The notes below the pieces were generated by a model that worked only from the letters and a program-made list of their open reading frames with translations, was not told where the DNA came from and did no database searches. The translations under genes were made by a program, and so were the position numbers. Of a DNA stretch of 64,000 nt, positions 38,485 to 56,186 are shown one piece after another. Source of the DNA: Escherichia coli (GTDB taxonomy: Bacteria; Pseudomonadota; Gammaproteobacteria; Enterobacterales; Enterobacteriaceae); NCBI RefSeq assembly GCF_003790525.1, contig NZ_CP033635.1. The stretch is one strand, 5' to 3'. The first letter of the stretch is position 1. Every line of letters begins with the position of its first letter.

Positions 38485-38593
38485 TTGCTTCTGCCGCCCG
38501 CTATCCGGGGCGGCCTTCCCTGTCGATTAGGCCCCTCTTTCCTTTTTGTTATCCGACTACATTCACCGGATAAATTTTATTCTCCAGTGTTAT

Positions 38594-38642
38594 ATACTAT
38601 AGGGGGGTATGCATTGACATATAGCATACCCCCCTATAGTAT
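38594..38642 (+). promoter_or_regulatory. Candidate FrmR operator overlapping the frmRAB promoter
   Basis: Perfect 19-bp inverted repeat atactataggggggtatgc (38594-38612) / gcatacccccctatagtat (38624-38642) separated by 11 bp containing TTGACA (38615-38620); G6/C6 tracts as in RcnR/FrmR-family sites. Confidence 0.7.
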
Positions 38643-38668
38643 ATTGCGTGCAGATGATGAGGTGCGAA

Positions 38669-38944
38669 ATGCCCAGTACTCCGGAAGAGAAGAAAAAGGT
38701 CCTTACTCGAGTTCGTCGTATTCGGGGGCAAATTGATGCTCTGGAACGGTCGCTGGAGGGTGATGCCGAATGCCGTGCCATACTCCAACAGATCGCTGCC
38801 GTTCGGGGCGCGGCTAACGGGCTGATGGCAGAAGTGCTTGAAAGCCATATCCGGGAAACGTTTGACCGAAATGACTGCTACAGCCGCGAAGTCAGCCAAT
38901 CCGTTGACGACACTATTGAACTGGTTCGTGCCTATCTTAAATAG
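38669..38944 (+). CDS. frmR: Formaldehyde-responsive repressor FrmR (CsoR/RcnR family)
   Basis: ORF 38648-38944; start placed at [27 protein letters not shown]... (91 aa). Confidence 0.9.
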
Positions 38945-38948
38945 CTGA

Positions 38949-40088
<1,140 letters not shown>

Positions 40089-40179
40089 TTTCCCGCAGGT
40101 TTACCCGTCCAGTTCAGACGGGGTTCTTAATACTCTCCCCGGGCAGCCGTCCGGGGGATTAACCGTGAGATAATGACTG

Positions 40180-41013
40180 ATGGAACTCATTGAAAAACAT
40201 GCCAGCTTTGGCGGCTGGCAAAATGTGTATCGGCATTATTCCCAATCACTGAAATGTGAAATGAATGTCGGCGTCTATCTCCCACCAAAAGCCGGGAATG
40301 AAAAATTACCGGTGCTGTACTGGCTTTCGGGCCTGACCTGCAACGAGCAGAATTTCATTACTAAATCGGGGATGCAGCGTTACGCGGCTGAGCACAACAT
40401 TATTGTTGTTGCGCCGGACACCAGTCCGCGAGGCAGTCATGTCGCAGATGCCGACCGTTACGATCTCGGGCAAGGTGCCGGGTTTTACCTGAACGCAACG
40501 CAAGCGCCGTGGAATGAACATTACAAAATGTATGATTATATCCACAACGAGCTGCCGGATTTAGTGATGCAACATTTTCCGGCAACGACCAGAAAGTCTA
40601 TCTCAGGTCATTCTATGGGCGGACTGGGCGCGCTGGTGCTGGCGTTACGTAATCCAGATGAATATGTCAGCGTCTCGGCATTTTCGCCCATTGTCTCCCC
40701 ATCGCAAGTACCGTGGGGACAGCAAGCCTTTGCCGCATATCTTGGTGAAAATAAAGAGGCCTGGTTGGATTACGATCCGGTGAGCCTTATTTCACAAGGT
40801 CAACGCGTTGCGGAAATCATGGTTGATCAGGGGTTGAGTGATGATTTTTACGCAGAACAGCTGCGGACTCCAAATCTTGAAAAGATCTGCCAGGAGATGA
40901 ATATCAAGACGTTAATCCGTTATCACGAGGGTTATGATCACAGCTATTATTTTGTCTCCAGTTTTATTGGCGAGCATATTGCGTACCACGCCAATAAACT
41001 GAATATGCGTTAA
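40180..41013 (+). CDS. frmB: S-formylglutathione hydrolase (esterase D family)
   Basis: 277-aa ORF with GHSMGG serine-hydrolase motif. Confidence 0.93.
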   Translation: MELIEKHASFGGWQNVYRHYSQSLKCEMNVGVYLPPKAGNEKLPVLYWLSGLTCNEQNFITKSGMQRYAAEHNIIVVAPDTSPRGSHVADADRYDLGQGAGFYLNATQAPWNEHYKMYDYIHNELPDLVMQHFPATTRKSISGHSMGGLGALVLALRNPDEYVSVSAFSPIVSPSQVPWGQQAFAAYLGENKEAWLDYDPVSLISQGQRVAEIMVDQGLSDDFYAEQLRTPNLEKICQEMNIKTLIRYHEGYDHSYYFVSSFIGEHIAYHANKLNMR

Positions 41014-41019
41014 TAATAG

Positions 41020-41125
41020 TGCACGACTGCCGGATGCGGCGTGAACGCCTTATCCGCCTACATTTCGCCTGGAAACCGTAGGCATGATAAGACTCGCAAA
41101 GCGTCGCATCAGGCATCTGCACACG
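41020..41125. repeat. REP/BIME cluster between frmB and yaiL
   Basis: gccggatgcggcgtgaacgccttatccgcctac and gacgcatcaggcatctgc-type REP units in opposite orientation. Confidence 0.7.
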
Positions 41126-41137
41126 ATTTATCTATGT

Positions 41138-41677
41138 TTACCACATCAAATCATCAGGCACTTTGAAGTCAGCATACGGATCGTCTTCATCCTGCTCTTC
41201 GGCGCTGAGCGCGCTGTGCAACGCAATACTGCTGGCATCACGCTGAGCAATTTTATCGGCAACGCTGGCGGGAATAATGGCGTATTCACCCTCACTATTG
41301 TTATCGACCAACAAGCGGGCAATCGCCAGACGACCATTAATCAACTGCGTTTGCGTGAGCTTATCGACAAAAATCTTCTTAATCAGATTGCCGTCAGTGA
41401 AGTTAAAACCAATATCGCCATTGGCAATGGTAATTCGGTTCATTTCAATGAGCTGCTTCACCTGGGCTTTATATTCTTTCGCCAACGCCGCTTGTTTTTG
41501 TTGTTCGCTAAGCTGTTTATCACGCTCAAGCTGTGCCTTTTTATTTTCTTCTACCGCCGCCCGAGCTTCACGCGCCTGAACGCGCGATTTTTTCGCCGTT
41601 CTCTCGACCTTCGCCGCTTTTTTGCTGGTGACTAATCCTGCTTTGAGCAACTGCTCTTGTAAGGTAAGTTTTGCCAT
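41138..41677 (-). CDS. yaiL: DUF2058-type protein YaiL
   Basis: ORF 41138-41794; start placed at MAKLTLQEQLLKAGLVTSKKAAKVERTAKK... (179 aa); K/E-rich N-terminus. Confidence 0.78.
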   Translation of the reverse strand: MAKLTLQEQLLKAGLVTSKKAAKVERTAKKSRVQAREARAAVEENKKAQLERDKQLSEQQKQAALAKEYKAQVKQLIEMNRITIANGDIGFNFTDGNLIKKIFVDKLTQTQLINGRLAIARLLVDNNSEGEYAIIPASVADKIAQRDASSIALHSALSAEEQDEDDPYADFKVPDDLMW

Positions 41678-41778
41678 CTTTGTTTCCAAACCCGCTGAAT
41701 AATTTTTAGCGAGTATACCTGTAAACGCCGTAGGTGTATTGGGGGGAAGTCCCTTTCGCCCCTGCTTAATAAGGCGCG

Positions 41779-42990
41779 TCAGGCATCTGCACACGGCTGC
41801 ATTCGTGATCTCCGGCTCATCAAAATAAACACTGCCAGGCCGGCAACAAGAATACCCGGCGCAGAAGCGGCCATTACGCCAACCGTGCCAGTGCCTAATG
41901 CCAGCATTTTCCCGGCCAGTAACGGACCGCTCATAGCCCCCAGACGCCCTACCGCCACGGCTGTTCCCACACCTGTTGCGCGGATCTGCGAACTGTAAAA
42001 CAACGGTGCCAGGGCATACAAAACGCTTTGCCCACCTGTCGCAAACAACCCCGCGACGAATCCCGCCAGCAACATACCGTTAAATGACGACACCGTTCCC
42101 AGCGCCAGCAGCGAAGCTAACATGCCGCTATAAATCAGTAGCGACATGGTTACTGGACGCAGCTTATCCATCAATGCGCCCAACATTAACGTCCCGCTTG
42201 CCGCCCCCATTTGCAGTGCAAACATCACCCCTGCCGCCTGCGATGGCTGGAATCCTTGCTCCACCAAAAGCAGCGGTAGCCAGTTGATCAACATGTAGAC
42301 CACCAGCAGAGTGAAGAAATAACACAACCACAGCAGCAGCGTCGCGGTAGCCGTTTCTGGCGCAAATAACGCACGCAGTGGTGGCGCGGCCTGTTTTTCG
42401 CCAGCGAACACCGCCGACTCCGGCAGCCAGCGCATTAACAGCGGCACCAGAATCAACGGCACCACACCACCTACCCAAAACACCGTTTGCCATGCTAAGT
42501 TTGCCCCCGCGAAACCCAGTGTCGCCGCCAGCGCCGCGCCAATGGGAACACCGCAATACATCAGGCTCACTGCCGTCCCACGAAAACGTGGACCCGCGGC
42601 TTCAGACGTCAGGGCGATCAGATTCGGCAACGCCGCCCCCAGCCCGACACCGGTCATCAGCCGCGCAAAGACCAGTGAGGGGAAATCCCAGGCAATCGCC
42701 GTTGCCAGTGAGAACAAACCAAACAGCGCAACTGAGCCAATCAAAATGCGCTTGCGACCATAACGGTCCGCCAGCATCCCGCCAACCAGCGCGCCGGGTA
42801 GCAAACCGAGTATTCCGGCGCTGAATATCCAGCCCATTTGCATTTTATCGAGTGCAAAAGCCTGGGCGATGCCACCCGCCGCAATGCCAGCCGCCTGAAG
42901 ATCCAGCCCTTCCATCAGAGCGACCAAAAAACAAAGCCCGATGGTCAGCATCAGGCGGGATGAAGATGATGAAGGGGTACGAGTCGACAT
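41779..42990 (-). CDS. mhpT: 3-(3-hydroxyphenyl)propionate transporter MhpT (MFS)
   Basis: ORF 41779-43059; start placed at MSTRTPSSSSSRLMLTIGLCFLVALMEG... (403 aa). Confidence 0.88.
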   Translation of the reverse strand: MSTRTPSSSSSRLMLTIGLCFLVALMEGLDLQAAGIAAGGIAQAFALDKMQMGWIFSAGILGLLPGALVGGMLADRYGRKRILIGSVALFGLFSLATAIAWDFPSLVFARLMTGVGLGAALPNLIALTSEAAGPRFRGTAVSLMYCGVPIGAALAATLGFAGANLAWQTVFWVGGVVPLILVPLLMRWLPESAVFAGEKQAAPPLRALFAPETATATLLLWLCYFFTLLVVYMLINWLPLLLVEQGFQPSQAAGVMFALQMGAASGTLMLGALMDKLRPVTMSLLIYSGMLASLLALGTVSSFNGMLLAGFVAGLFATGGQSVLYALAPLFYSSQIRATGVGTAVAVGRLGAMSGPLLAGKMLALGTGTVGVMAASAPGILVAGLAVFILMSRRSRMQPCADA

Positions 42991-43068
42991 AAGATGAACC
43001 TCGTTGCGAGTGCAGGTGAGTCGCGGCTGATACATTGCCAGCCGCGTAATCAGAACCATTTAATGACT

Positions 43069-43125
43069 GCCTACGGGCGAAATATAGGCCGGACAAGACG
43101 TTTACGCCGCATCCGGCAGTCGTGC
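43069..43125. repeat. REP element between mhpT and mhpE
   Basis: ggccggacaagacgtttacgccgcatccggcagtcgtgc REP-type sequence. Confidence 0.65.
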
Positions 43126-43165
43126 TGGGATGGGCATACAAAATGCACGTTCTCGGCAGTCATCA

Positions 43166-44175
43166 TTATTTGTTGTTGCGCAGATCCAGCGCCACGTCGA
43201 CGATCATATCCTCCTGGCCGCCAACCATCCGGCGTTTGCCCAACTCAACGAGAATATCCACCGCGCTTAAGCCATAACGCGCCGCCGCCGTTTCACAGTG
43301 ACGCAGGAAGCTGGAGTAAACACCGGCGTATCCCAGCGCCAGCGTTTCGCGATCGACTCGTACCGGACGATCCTGCAACGGACGCACCAGGTCGTCAGCG
43401 GCATCCATTAACGCATAGAGATCGGTCCCATGCTGCCAACCCAGTTTATCCGCGGCGGCAATAAACACTTCCAGCGGCGCGTTACCTGCGCCCGCGCCCA
43501 TTCCCGCGAGACTGGCATCGATTCGGTCGCAGCCCTCTTCCACCGCCGCGATAGAGTTCGCCACGCCAAGACTCAGGTTATGGTGAGCGTGTATGCCGGT
43601 TTGCGTTTCTGGTTTCAGCACTGCTTTCAGGGCGCGGAAACGGTCACGGATATCGCTCATGTTCATCGCACCGCCAGAATCCACCACATAAATACAGGTC
43701 GCACCGTAGCCTTCCATCAGCTTTGCCTGCTTTGCGAGATTCTCCGGCGTGGTCATATGGCTCATCATCAGAAAGCCAACGGTGTCCATTCCGAGCTCGC
43801 GGGCATACTGAATATGCTGGGCGGAAACATCAGCTTCGGTACAGTGCGTAGCCACACGAACCACCCGCGCGCCAGCCTGCCAGGCATTTTTCAGATCGTG
43901 AATAGTGCCGATTCCAGGCAGCAACAACGTCGCGATTTTGGCGTGCTTCACCACATCCGCCGCCGCTTCAATCCATTCAAGGTCGCTATGTGCGCCGAAA
44001 CCATAGTTAAAGCTGGAACCTTGCAAACCGTCGCCGTGGGCCACTTCAATCGAATCCACGCGGGCATCGTCCAGTGCTTTGGCAACCTGGCGAACGTTTT
44101 CCAATGAATACTGATGACGAATGGCGTGCATACCATCACGCAACGTGACGTCCGAGATATAAAGTTTTTTATCGT

Positions 44176-44179
<4 letters not shown>
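43166..44179 (-). CDS. mhpE: 4-hydroxy-2-oxovalerate aldolase
   Basis: 337-aa [28 protein letters not shown]... (DRE-TIM aldolase). Confidence 0.95.
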
Positions 44180-45941
<1,762 letters not shown>

Positions 45942-46808
45942 TTAAGGGCGTGCGAGGAAATTCAGCACCAGTTGATTGAAAGCGTCGGCATGTTCCCACT
46001 GCGCCCAGTGACCACAGTCGCGGAAGATATGCAGTTCAGAACCGGCAATGCCGGACAGCAGACGCAGACCCGCATCCATCGGCACAAAGCGGTCGTTGCG
46101 CCCCCAGACAATCAGGGTTTGCGCTTTGATTTCCGCCAGCCGTGGGCCAAAATCCGGGAACTGTTTCGGATTGGCTTCCAGGCTCTTAACGAAGTTTTCC
46201 AGGTGATCGCGGCGCGACAGCATATTATTCAGACGCGCTTCAAACAGGGCGTCGGTCAAATCGCTGGTATCAAAAACGAAGATATCCATCATCAGCTTCA
46301 GGTTTTCGATAGTCGGCTGACGATAAAGCTGATTCAGTCGCTTAATACCTTCGGTTGGCATCGGCGTAAACAAACTCATGCCGCCCGTACCGCCGCCCAT
46401 CAGCACCAGTTTGCCGACGCGCTCCGGCCAGTTAAGGGTGAACGCCACAGAACTATGGCCACCCATCGAGTTGCCCAGCAGGTGGATTTTGGCGATATCC
46501 AGTTGATCCACCACGCTTTTCAGGATTCGTGCATTAAGATCCGATCGCGAACCACTATTAACGATCGAATCGCTCTTGCCCCAACCCGGACAATCCAGCA
46601 GGATCACCCGATAGCCCGCCTCTACCAGCGGATCGATATTGCGGCTGAAGTTCGCCCAGCCAGTAGCACCCGGGCCGGAACCATGCAGCAGGACAACAGT
46701 TTCGTCGCCTTGTCCGCAGTCATTAAAATGGATGCGCAGCGTTTTACCCGCTTCTTCTACATTCAGAAAACGGCTGGTGGCGGCTTCGGTTTGTGGCTGA
46801 TAACTCAT
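45942..46808 (-). CDS. mhpC: 2-hydroxy-6-ketonona-2,4-dienedioate hydrolase (alpha/beta hydrolase)
   Basis: ORF 45942-46871; start placed at [21 protein letters not shown]... (288 aa) so that it does not overlap mhpB; GNSMGG nucleophile motif. Confidence 0.9.
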
Positions 46809-46825
46809 CATCTTCTCCTGCATAT

Positions 46826-47770
46826 TCAGTTCTCTGTTCTGGCGCTTAACGAGCCAAATCCGGCAATCCACTCCGGGATTGGGCGGTAATAACGCCCTTC
46901 GCTACGCCAGTTGCCAAACGCAGAAATAGCGGCAAAAGCGGCGACCCAGGTTTTGATTTCATGTGTCGACTTTCCGGCAATGGCGGAAAGCTCTTCGTTA
47001 CTGACGGCATCCAGTTCCTGTATGCGTCCCTGCTCCAGCAAAGTCATGAACTGGTTATCCCAAATCGGGTTGAGCGGATGCAGCGTTCTCTGATCCTCAA
47101 CAAACTTCTCAGCGGCGCTAATCACCCGTTGCTGACGCAATTCGCGCTCACTGGCGGGTAAATCTTTCCCGCTCCCCAACAGACGGTCGCGCATATGGGC
47201 ATCGGCTTTCGCCAGTTCGGGCACCGGCGGCTGATGGGAAAGCCCACCGGACCCCAGGAACAGCACGCGTTTATTGAGAGTACTGGTGAAACGTCCAATG
47301 GCTTCCCCCAACATGCGGGTACGCTGGAAACCGGGCAGCGGCGTGGCGACACCGTTGATGAACACCGGCAGTACTGGCACCTTATCCAGCCCACCGAGCA
47401 GGAACTCCAGCGGCTGGGCGAACCCGTGGTCCACCTGCATACAGTAAGAAACGGCAAGATCGATCCCGCTCTTCATGACGGCATGCGCACAGGCCTCCGC
47501 CAGCTCCACAGGCACGGGCAGCTCTCCTGCCGCACTGCCGAAATCACCAATTGCCGTCGCTCCAACGCCTAAACAGAACGGTGGCATCACGTCATAGAAA
47601 AAGCCGTTGTAGTGATCTGGCGCAAACAGCACCACCAGTTCAGGGGAGAAAGCCGCAATACGCTCGCGGGCGCTGGCAATCACGCCATTGACCTCATCGA
47701 GTACCTCTTGCGCCGGGTCGACATATCCCACCAGCGGCGAGTGGGAAAGACAGTGAAGATAAGCGTGCAT
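46826..47770 (-). CDS. mhpB: 3-carboxyethylcatechol 2,3-dioxygenase (extradiol)
   Basis: 314-aa [26 protein letters not shown]... Confidence 0.93.
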
Positions 47771-47771
47771 A

Positions 47772-49436
47772 TCAGGCTACCTTTTCGACAGAAACGTCGG
47801 CATCAGGGCGGGTCAGCGTCATCACCGACGCCAGTTTATTCAGGGTCTTGCCCAGGGTTTGCGGAATGGCGGTGGCGGCAACAAAGCGATCCGGGCGCAT
47901 CACCACCAGCGAAGCATTGTGTTGCGCGAACCAGCTACGCAGGCGACCTTGCGTATCGCCCACGCGTAGTACGCCGTCGTGGTTATCCTGTGCGGTATGA
48001 ATTTGCACTTCCGGCACCACCTGAATGAAGCGTGTGCCCAACGCGCGCCACTGCTGGATTTGCTCGTCGCTCATCCCCCACAGTGGATTGCATCCCCAGC
48101 CAATTACCGCGAAGTTCGCGCCGATCGCGTTATCGAGCAGCGTCACGTCGCCGTTTTCCAGCGTGACTTTCGGCTGAATAAACATCTTGCCGACCGGAGA
48201 GTGCTTCGCTTCGCCCTCACGCACCAGCGCACCGCCGTAATATTGCGGCATCGGCTTGAAGCGCATTTCGAGGAAGTAGCGTTTTACTGGCGGCAGATAA
48301 TTCAACAGCCAGGAAACGCCGTCACGTAACGTACCCTGCCAGCGTTTCGGCGGAGCCAGCACGTTGCCCGCCGTCACGGACAGGTCAATCATCGCTTTGG
48401 CGTGATCGCGACGTTCTTGTTGATAGGTATCGAGCAGCGCATCGCGGGCTTTCCCCTGGATAACCAACGCCAGTTTCCATGCGAGGTTAAAGGCGTCGCG
48501 CATACCACTGTTATAGCCCTGCCCCTGCCACACCGGCATGATGTGCGCGGCATCGCCCGCCAGCAGTACGCGATCAATACGAAAACGTTGCGCCAGTCGC
48601 GCGTTGTGGGTGTAGACACGCTGGCGAATCAATTCAACATTGTCCGGATTAGGCAGCACTTTGCTTAACAGCTTGCGCATATTTTGCGGCTCACGCAGCT
48701 GTTCTTCGGTTTCTCCCGGCATCACCATAAATTCAAAGCGACGTACCGCATGAGGCAGCGCGGCAGAAACATACGGGCGCACCGGATCACAACACAAATA
48801 GATATGCGGCGTACTTAACGGATCGTTGGCGATATCTACCACAATCCACTGATTTGGCGCAGTTTTACCTTCAAACGGCACATTCAGGGTGCGACGGACA
48901 AAACTTGCCCCACCATCACAGGCCACCAGCCACTGGGCTTTGACCGTTTCCCGCTGCCCTTCTTCCGTTTTTAGGTGCAAGGTCACTTCGTCATCTTGCT
49001 GGCTGAAGGCCTCCAGCTCGCGGGAAAACAGGCAGCGCACATTCGGAAAACGCGACAATCCTTCCAGCATCACCGCATCGACCTGAGGCTGAATAAAGGC
49101 GTTACGGCGCGGCCAGCCAAATTCATCGGTCATTGGCTGAATATCAGCAAAACAGCGACCTTTTGGGGTGAGAAAACGCATCGCGTGCCACGGCGTAGTG
49201 TGCGGCAGAACATTATCGACCAGGCCAACCGACTGCATGGTGCGCAGCGCCTCGTCATCAATACCAATCGCACGCGGGTAGTCGATCAACTTATCGAGTT
49301 TCTCCACCACCAGCACGTCAATGCCCATCTGGCCGAGATAGTTCGCCATCATCAGCCCGACCGGACCGGCACCAGCGATCGCCACCTGAACGCTATGGTT
49401 AACAGCAGGCTGGATGTCAGGGTGTTGTATTGCCAT
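47772..49436 (-). CDS. mhpA: 3-(3-hydroxyphenyl)propionate/3-hydroxycinnamate hydroxylase (FAD monooxygenase)
   Basis: 554-aa ORF with FAD-binding motif ([18 protein letters not shown]). Confidence 0.95.
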   Translation of the reverse strand: MAIQHPDIQPAVNHSVQVAIAGAGPVGLMMANYLGQMGIDVLVVEKLDKLIDYPRAIGIDDEALRTMQSVGLVDNVLPHTTPWHAMRFLTPKGRCFADIQPMTDEFGWPRRNAFIQPQVDAVMLEGLSRFPNVRCLFSRELEAFSQQDDEVTLHLKTEEGQRETVKAQWLVACDGGASFVRRTLNVPFEGKTAPNQWIVVDIANDPLSTPHIYLCCDPVRPYVSAALPHAVRRFEFMVMPGETEEQLREPQNMRKLLSKVLPNPDNVELIRQRVYTHNARLAQRFRIDRVLLAGDAAHIMPVWQGQGYNSGMRDAFNLAWKLALVIQGKARDALLDTYQQERRDHAKAMIDLSVTAGNVLAPPKRWQGTLRDGVSWLLNYLPPVKRYFLEMRFKPMPQYYGGALVREGEAKHSPVGKMFIQPKVTLENGDVTLLDNAIGANFAVIGWGCNPLWGMSDEQIQQWRALGTRFIQVVPEVQIHTAQDNHDGVLRVGDTQGRLRSWFAQHNASLVVMRPDRFVAATAIPQTLGKTLNKLASVMTLTRPDADVSVEKVA

Positions 49437-49577
49437 TTCAGTACCTCACGACTCGGACAAAATGCCGTTGCGCGCACAGTACAGCGCAACTTGTTTTGTT
49501 AAAAACATGTAAATGATTTTTTATTGTGCGCTCAGTATAGGAAGGGTGTTTTCGGCTACAATCAAAACATGCCCGAA

Positions 49578-49594
49578 TGTGCACCAGGTGCACA
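49578..49594. promoter_or_regulatory. Perfect 17-bp palindrome in the mhpR-mhpA intergenic region; candidate MhpR operator
   Basis: tgtgcacc-a-ggtgcaca, an exact inverted repeat, seen directly; assignment to MhpR is from recalled literature and position. Confidence 0.55.
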
Positions 49595-49626
49595 ACGTTG
49601 TTTTAACTATATAAATGTCAATTAAT

Positions 49627-50460
49627 ATGCAGAACAATGAGCAGACGGAATACAAAACCGTGCGCGGCTTAACCCGCGGTCTAATGTTATTAAATATGTT
49701 AAATAAACTTGACGGCGGTGCCAGCGTCGGGCTGCTGGCGGAACTCAGCGGCCTGCATCGCACCACTGTGCGGCGACTGCTGGAGACGCTGCAGGAAGAG
49801 GGATATGTCCGGCGTAGTCCCTCCGATGATAGTTTCCGTTTGACCATCAAAGTGCGGCAATTAAGCGAAGGATTTCGTGACGAACAGTGGATTTCTGCAC
49901 TGGCTGCCCCACTGCTGGGCGATCTGTTGCGCGAAGTGGTATGGCCGACAGATGTGTCCACGCTGGATGTTGATGCAATGGTGGTACGCGAAACCACCCA
50001 TCGTTTCAGCCGATTATCCTTTCACCGGGCAATGGTCGGGCGACGGTTACCGCTTCTGAAAACCGCCTCGGGCCTGACCTGGCTGGCCTTTTGCCCGGAA
50101 CAAGAACGCAAGGAATTAATCGAGATGTTAGCCTCCCGCCCCGGTGATGACTATCAACTGGCACGAGAACCGTTAAAGCTGGAAGCCATTCTGGCGCGCG
50201 CGCGCAAAGAGGGGTACGGACAGAACTACCGCGGCTGGGATCAGGAGGAGAAGATCGCCTCTATCGCCGTACCGCTGCGCAGTGAACAACGGGTGATTGG
50301 CTGTCTGAATCTGGTGTATATGGCGAGCGCAATGACCATCGAACAGGCAGCGGAAAAGCATCTTCCGGCGCTGCAACGGGTGGCAAAACAGATCGAAGAA
50401 GGGGTTGAATCGCAGGCTATTCTGGTAGCGGGAAGGCGAAGCGGCGTGCATTTACGCTGA
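49627..50460 (+). CDS. mhpR: IclR-family transcriptional activator MhpR
   Basis: ORF 49615-50460; start placed at MQNNEQTEYKTVRGLTRGLMLLN... (277 aa). Confidence 0.9.
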   Translation: MQNNEQTEYKTVRGLTRGLMLLNMLNKLDGGASVGLLAELSGLHRTTVRRLLETLQEEGYVRRSPSDDSFRLTIKVRQLSEGFRDEQWISALAAPLLGDLLREVVWPTDVSTLDVDAMVVRETTHRFSRLSFHRAMVGRRLPLLKTASGLTWLAFCPEQERKELIEMLASRPGDDYQLAREPLKLEAILARARKEGYGQNYRGWDQEEKIASIAVPLRSEQRVIGCLNLVYMASAMTIEQAAEKHLPALQRVAKQIEEGVESQAILVAGRRSGVHLR

Positions 50461-50536
50461 CACCATCGAATGGCGCAAAACCTTTCGTGGTATGGCATGA
50501 TAGCGCCCGGAAGAGAGTCAATTCAGGGTGGTGAAT

Positions 50537-51619
50537 GTGAAACCAGTAACGCTATACGATGTCGCAGAGTATGCCGGTGTCTCTTATCAGACCGTTTCCC
50601 GCGTGGTGAACCAGGCCAGCCACGTTTCTGCGAAAACGCGGGAAAAAGTGGAAGCGGCGATGGCGGAGCTGAATTACATTCCCAACCGCGTGGCACAACA
50701 ACTGGCAGGCAAACAGTCGTTGCTGATTGGCGTTGCCACCTCCAGTCTGGCCCTGCACGCGCCGTCGCAAATTGTCGCCGCGATTAAATCTCGCGCCGAT
50801 CAACTGGGTGCCAGCGTGGTGGTGTCGATGGTAGAACGAAGCGGCGTCGAAGCCTGTAAAGCGGCGGTACACAATCTCCTCGCGCAACGCGTCAGTGGGC
50901 TGATCATTAACTATCCGCTGGATGACCAGGATGCCATTGCTGTGGAAGCTGCCTGCGCTAATGTTCCGGCTTTATTTCTTGATGTCTCTGACCAGACACC
51001 CATCAACAGTATTATTTTCTCCCATGAAGACGGTACGCGACTGGGCGTGGAGCATCTGGTCGCATTGGGTCACCAGCAAATCGCGCTGTTAGCGGGTCCA
51101 TTAAGTTCTGTCTCGGCACGTCTGCGTCTGGCGGGCTGGCATAAATATCTCACTCGCAATCAAATTCAGCCGATAGCGGAACGGGAAGGCGACTGGAGTG
51201 CCATGTCCGGTTTTCAACAAACCATGCAAATGCTGAATGAGGACATCGTTCCTACTGCGATGCTGGTTGCCAACGATCAGATGGCGCTGGGCGCAATGCG
51301 CGCCATTACCGAGTCCGGGCTGCGCGTTGGTGCGGATGTCTCGGTAGTGGGATACGACGATACCGAAGACAGCTCGTGTTATATCCCGCCGTTAACCACC
51401 ATCAAACAGGATTTTCGCCTGCTGGGGCAAACCAGCGTGGACCGCTTGCTGCAACTCTCTCAGGGCCAGGCGGTGAAGGGCAATCAGCTGTTGCCCGTCT
51501 CACTGGTGAAAAGAAAAACCACCCTTCCGCCCAATACGCAAACCGCCTCTCCCCGCGCGTTGGCAGATTCTTTAATGCAGCTGGCACGACAAGTTTCCCG
51601 ACTGGAAAGCGGGCAGTGA
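50537..51619 (+). CDS. lacI: Lactose operon repressor LacI
   Basis: GTG start at 50537 (gtgaaaccagtaacg...), VKPVTLYDVAEYAGVSYQTVSRVVNQ... helix-turn-helix; ends ...SRLESGQ; 360 aa. Confidence 0.97.
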   Translation: MKPVTLYDVAEYAGVSYQTVSRVVNQASHVSAKTREKVEAAMAELNYIPNRVAQQLAGKQSLLIGVATSSLALHAPSQIVAAIKSRADQLGASVVVSMVERSGVEACKAAVHNLLAQRVSGLIINYPLDDQDAIAVEAACANVPALFLDVSDQTPINSIIFSHEDGTRLGVEHLVALGHQQIALLAGPLSSVSARLRLAGWHKYLTRNQIQPIAEREGDWSAMSGFQQTMQMLNEDIVPTAMLVANDQMALGAMRAITESGLRVGADVSVVGYDDTEDSSCYIPPLTTIKQDFRLLGQTSVDRLLQLSQGQAVKGNQLLPVSLVKRKTTLPPNTQTASPRALADSLMQLARQVSRLESGQ

Positions 51620-51632
51620 GCGCAACGCAATT
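51612..51632 (+). promoter_or_regulatory. lac operator O3
   Basis: ggcagtgagcgcaacgcaatt overlapping the 3' end of lacI. Confidence 0.85.
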
Positions 51633-51653
51633 AATGTGAGTCAGCTCACTCAT
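51632..51653 (+). promoter_or_regulatory. CAP (CRP) binding site of the lac promoter
   Basis: taatgtgagtcagctcactcat; TGTGA-N6-TCACT half-sites present. Confidence 0.85.
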
Positions 51654-51667
51654 TAGGCACCCCAGGC

Positions 51668-51697
51668 TTTACACTCTATGCGTCCGGCTCGTATGTT
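51668..51697 (+). promoter_or_regulatory. lac promoter (-35 tttaca, 18-bp spacer, -10 tatgtt)
   Basis: tttaca at 51668-51673 and tatgtt at 51692-51697. Confidence 0.9.
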
Positions 51698-51703
51698 GTG
51701 TGA

Positions 51704-54816
<3,113 letters not shown>

Positions 54817-54822
54817 TAATAA

Positions 54823-56121
<1,299 letters not shown>

Positions 56122-56126
56122 GCAAT

Positions 56127-56162
56127 CAATGTCGGATGCGGCGCGAGCGCCTTATCCGACCA
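56127..56162. repeat. REP element between lacY and lacA
   Basis: gtcggatgcggcgcgagcgccttatccgac palindromic REP-type sequence. Confidence 0.7.
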
Positions 56163-56186
56163 ACATATCAGGACGGAATGATCGCA

